64,000 bases of DNA from a virus, in the IMG/VR virus record IMGVR_UViG_3300045988_073455. The stretch is one strand, 5' to 3'. The notes under the pieces are model-generated. The model worked only from the letters and a program-made list of their open reading frames with translations, did no database searches and was not told where the DNA came from. Made by a program: the position numbers and the translations under genes. Shown here in pieces: positions 61,815 through 64,000 of this stretch; position 1 is the stretch's first letter; every line of letters starts with the position of its first letter.

Positions 61815-63038
61815 ATGCCAATAGTTAGTAATAAGGCGAATAGAAAATTCGCCCCTTTGGACGTTTCTGTATCAGTAGTGTGCGCATCGCCTAAGTCTCC
61901 ATTCATGCAGACTATGGCTGGCGATAAATTCTTCCCAGACAGAACACAGAGCGGCTTTGAGTGTATTGCCTACCCGAGTATCAATGCTACGGCAAAGGAT
62001 GATTCATGGGATAGCAAGCAGTCGAATATGTCTCTTGCCAATATGGTATGGAAGGTTTCTACGGGCACGGAATGGAAGGACATATCTAAAATTAATTCTT
62101 GGAGCGGTAAGTATAGCATTGATACAAGCAATACATCTAATCGTGGTTCGCTTACTATCAAGAGGAATCTTTCAAGTAATGATAAGCAGCAGTTGCAATT
62201 CGAAGCTGACCTGTATGATTATAGAACGAATTCTATATTGCATATCACCGCTGACCCTATTACTCTGTATACGGCAGATAAGGGTGCAGATACCTATGGT
62301 ATGGGTATTCGGGAAGATACCGATATATCCTATAACCCATTCCTTGATAAGCTGGCTCTCTACGAGTATAAGGTTGCTAATAACATCATATCGGCATCTA
62401 CGGAAGCAAGAAACGCTTGCTTTGACGGCAATCAGTATGAATGTCACATTCCGATTGATGTATATAAGTCTAAGGATAGAATTACAAGCGGATTCTCTAT
62501 TGAGCTGTATCGAGGAACGACTAAGATGTCTGCTTCTTCTGCTGCAAGCCCTAACGAGATTATATCTATCTCCACATCTGAGATTGTGCTTGACCTTAGA
62601 CTTGTAGAGAAGAATAATTATACCATCAAGGCGGTAATAAACGGCAAGGCTGTTGCTCAGTTCCAATTTTCCGCTTCTAGGTTCTATCCTTCTTTCAATC
62701 AGCCTAAGTTCATGGTATGCAATGATATTGAATGGGGTAAGATATACAGAAGCAACAAGGCTATTTTGGAGTACAACGGAAGGGTTGTTGAATACCCTAA
62801 CCGCATCGTAGAATTGCAATGGCATACCGAAGCTTCAAACGGAAGTATCATAACAAAGAAGTCTTGGCAAGAGGGAAATAGCTGTACCTTCTCTATCGAA
62901 GAGAGTGGTCTTGGCGATGTTGAGAGCGATTATCTTGAAGAACAGATAGAATACAGACGGCGCCCTGCCAACGACTATCTCATTGATGAAGGTGGCAATT
63001 ACCTGCTTGATGAGGATGACAATGCTTTAATTGATTAA
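61815..63038 (+). CDS. tail fibre / receptor-binding accessory protein (by position)
   Basis: 407-aa ORF. Confidence 0.45.
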   Translation: MPIVSNKANRKFAPLDVSVSVVCASPKSPFMQTMAGDKFFPDRTQSGFECIAYPSINATAKDDSWDSKQSNMSLANMVWKVSTGTEWKDISKINSWSGKYSIDTSNTSNRGSLTIKRNLSSNDKQQLQFEADLYDYRTNSILHITADPITLYTADKGADTYGMGIREDTDISYNPFLDKLALYEYKVANNIISASTEARNACFDGNQYECHIPIDVYKSKDRITSGFSIELYRGTTKMSASSAASPNEIISISTSEIVLDLRLVEKNNYTIKAVINGKAVAQFQFSASRFYPSFNQPKFMVCNDIEWGKIYRSNKAILEYNGRVVEYPNRIVELQWHTEASNGSIITKKSWQEGNSCTFSIEESGLGDVESDYLEEQIEYRRRPANDYLIDEGGNYLLDEDDNALID

Positions 63039-63063
63039 TATGTATAATTAAAAAATATAAGAT

Positions 63064-64000
63064 ATGGGTGTTAAATTGACAGAAAAGAAGCTTGTGACGG
63101 CAATGAATCCCGACCAAACCTTCTTGATTGTAGTAGATGGAGCTCTTCGCAGATTAAGTCTCGGAGACCTTCAGAAAATGATGGGTAACAATATTTTCTA
63201 CCCATCAATCACATTGGAGCAGTCTTCTAATCCTAAATTCGCTCTGCCAACGCCTTTCATGGCTGATATGTATCAGAGGGCAATGGGTGGATATATGATG
63301 AAGGTTGTGAATGGTAAGGTGTATGCTGCTAAGCTAGACCCTAGTAATTGGGAGTTCTTTGCTGACGGAACAAAGGTGGATGATGCGGCAAAGTATGAGA
63401 CGATGGTTCATGTTCCCGATTGCCACTTCAAGGCAGAAAACAAGACCTTGCAATTTGGAGGATTATTCCCTATTTCGGGCGGCAAGACATTCGATTCGCC
63501 AAACTGGGTAGGTGCATACAAGATGTATGTGGATGTAAGCGGTGTGGGTCATTCAAGACCTAACGTTGCCCCTTCACATTCAAGGACGATGAGTGCATTT
63601 TGGGCTTGCGCACAGAAGCTTGGTTCGAACTTTGGTCTTGCAAACTATGGATTTCAATGCCTCATAGAAGCATTGGAACAAGTAAGTTTTGGTGACCTTA
63701 ATACACAATCTGTAATTGGAGCTGGATTCCAAAGTAGTTCTTGGGAAGCATGTCGTGATGTACCTATGGGTAAGTGTATATCTCTCGGTGATGGTAGCGG
63801 TAAGGTACTCTATAACGATACTACTCTCGATAATCAATACCCCGTCAAATTATTTGGCTTTGAGGAATTATGGGGTAAGCTTTGGGAGTTCCGTCCAGGC
63901 ATCCGTTTCTACATGGATGGCGATACTCGATACGCTGTTGTCTATAGCGGCAATCAGGTAAGTAATACGGCAAATGGGCGAAAATTTACCATTCTGTCAT
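63064..64000 (+). CDS. virion/tail-associated protein, 3'-partial (runs off the window)
   Basis: I translated this frame by hand from the ATG at 63064 to 64000 and found no stop. It is absent from the ORF track because it has no stop codon. Confidence 0.6.
   Translation, partial: MGVKLTEKKLVTAMNPDQTFLIVVDGALRRLSLGDLQKMMGNNIFYPSITLEQSSNPKFALPTPFMADMYQRAMGGYMMKVVNGKVYAAKLDPSNWEFFADGTKVDDAAKYETMVHVPDCHFKAENKTLQFGGLFPISGGKTFDSPNWVGAYKMYVDVSGVGHSRPNVAPSHSRTMSAFWACAQKLGSNFGLANYGFQCLIEALEQVSFGDLNTQSVIGAGFQSSSWEACRDVPMGKCISLGDGSGKVLYNDTTLDNQYPVKLFGFEELWGKLWEFRPGIRFYMDGDTRYAVVYSGNQVSNTANGRKFTILS

Noticed and set aside
61957-62825. 216-aa + frame ORF and 217-aa minus-strand ORF overlapping the tail-fibre gene 61815..63038.
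   Set aside because: Both are fully nested in a longer ORF that fits the operon spacing. Their sequences are Leu/Ile/Ser/Arg-rich with no motifs, so they are judged frame shadows.
1-64000. Global stop-codon reassignment (TAG or TGA recoding), as reported for some Bacteroidota-infecting phages.
   Set aside because: All large genes are uninterrupted in the standard code, including the 1718-aa TMP, the 1023-aa tail protein, the 872-aa MuF and the 692-aa ligase. Only the single TAG at 15705 looks suspicious.
1-64000. Integrase, lysis cassette (holin/endolysin) and known defence systems (CBASS, retrons, Gabija, TA pairs and the like).
   Set aside because: I found no recombinase, lysozyme/amidase, cyclase, TIR, SIR2 or reverse-transcriptase motifs in any listed ORF. 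The lysis and integration genes presumably lie beyond the right edge of the window.

Overview
The window is almost entirely one temperate, siphovirus-like phage or prophage, judged by its 1718-aa tape measure protein. The host is probably in the Bacteroidota. Support for this: promoters fit the TTTG-N18-20-TAnnTTTG pattern, Shine-Dalgarno sites are mostly absent, and DUF3127, DUF2958 and DUF488 genes are present.

The left edge (1-54) is a 3' fragment of tRNA-Ser(GGA), probably an att remnant. No integrase is visible in the window.

Gene order, left to right:
- Nuclease-like moron, HTH/excisionase-like gene, and a frameshifted C5-cytosine methyltransferase.
- An ORF-free 0.8 kb region holding a candidate structured RNA and an 18-copy iteron array.
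- Lysogeny switch: two minus-strand HTH repressors facing a Cro-like gene.
- Recombination and replication genes: Sak4-like ATPase, PD-(D/E)XK nuclease, DUF1351, SSB-like protein, NinB, SF2 helicase, MazG-like protein, NinG, replication initiator, DnaC-like loader.
- About 9 kb of small hypothetical genes.
- ArdC, portal, and a MuF-metallopeptidase fusion.
- An accessory block with DUF2958, DUF488 and two tRNA-Gly-like genes.
- A tightly coupled four-enzyme operon: opine-dehydrogenase-like, GS-type amidoligase fusion, ParB-like, ATP-grasp. It runs directly into terS.
- TerL, RadC, scaffold, capsid, neck, tail tube, an odd tRNA-like element, tape measure and tail-tip/fibre genes. The last CDS runs off the window.

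The most interesting observations:
- The four-enzyme operon embedded in the packaging module.
- A start-codon-overlapping motif (TAAGAGCAATGAA) shared by about 17 genes.
- Antisense copies of that motif placed just before terminator hairpins.
- The iteron array.
- Several recoding or frameshift oddities.

All functional calls come from motif recognition by eye. No database search was run.
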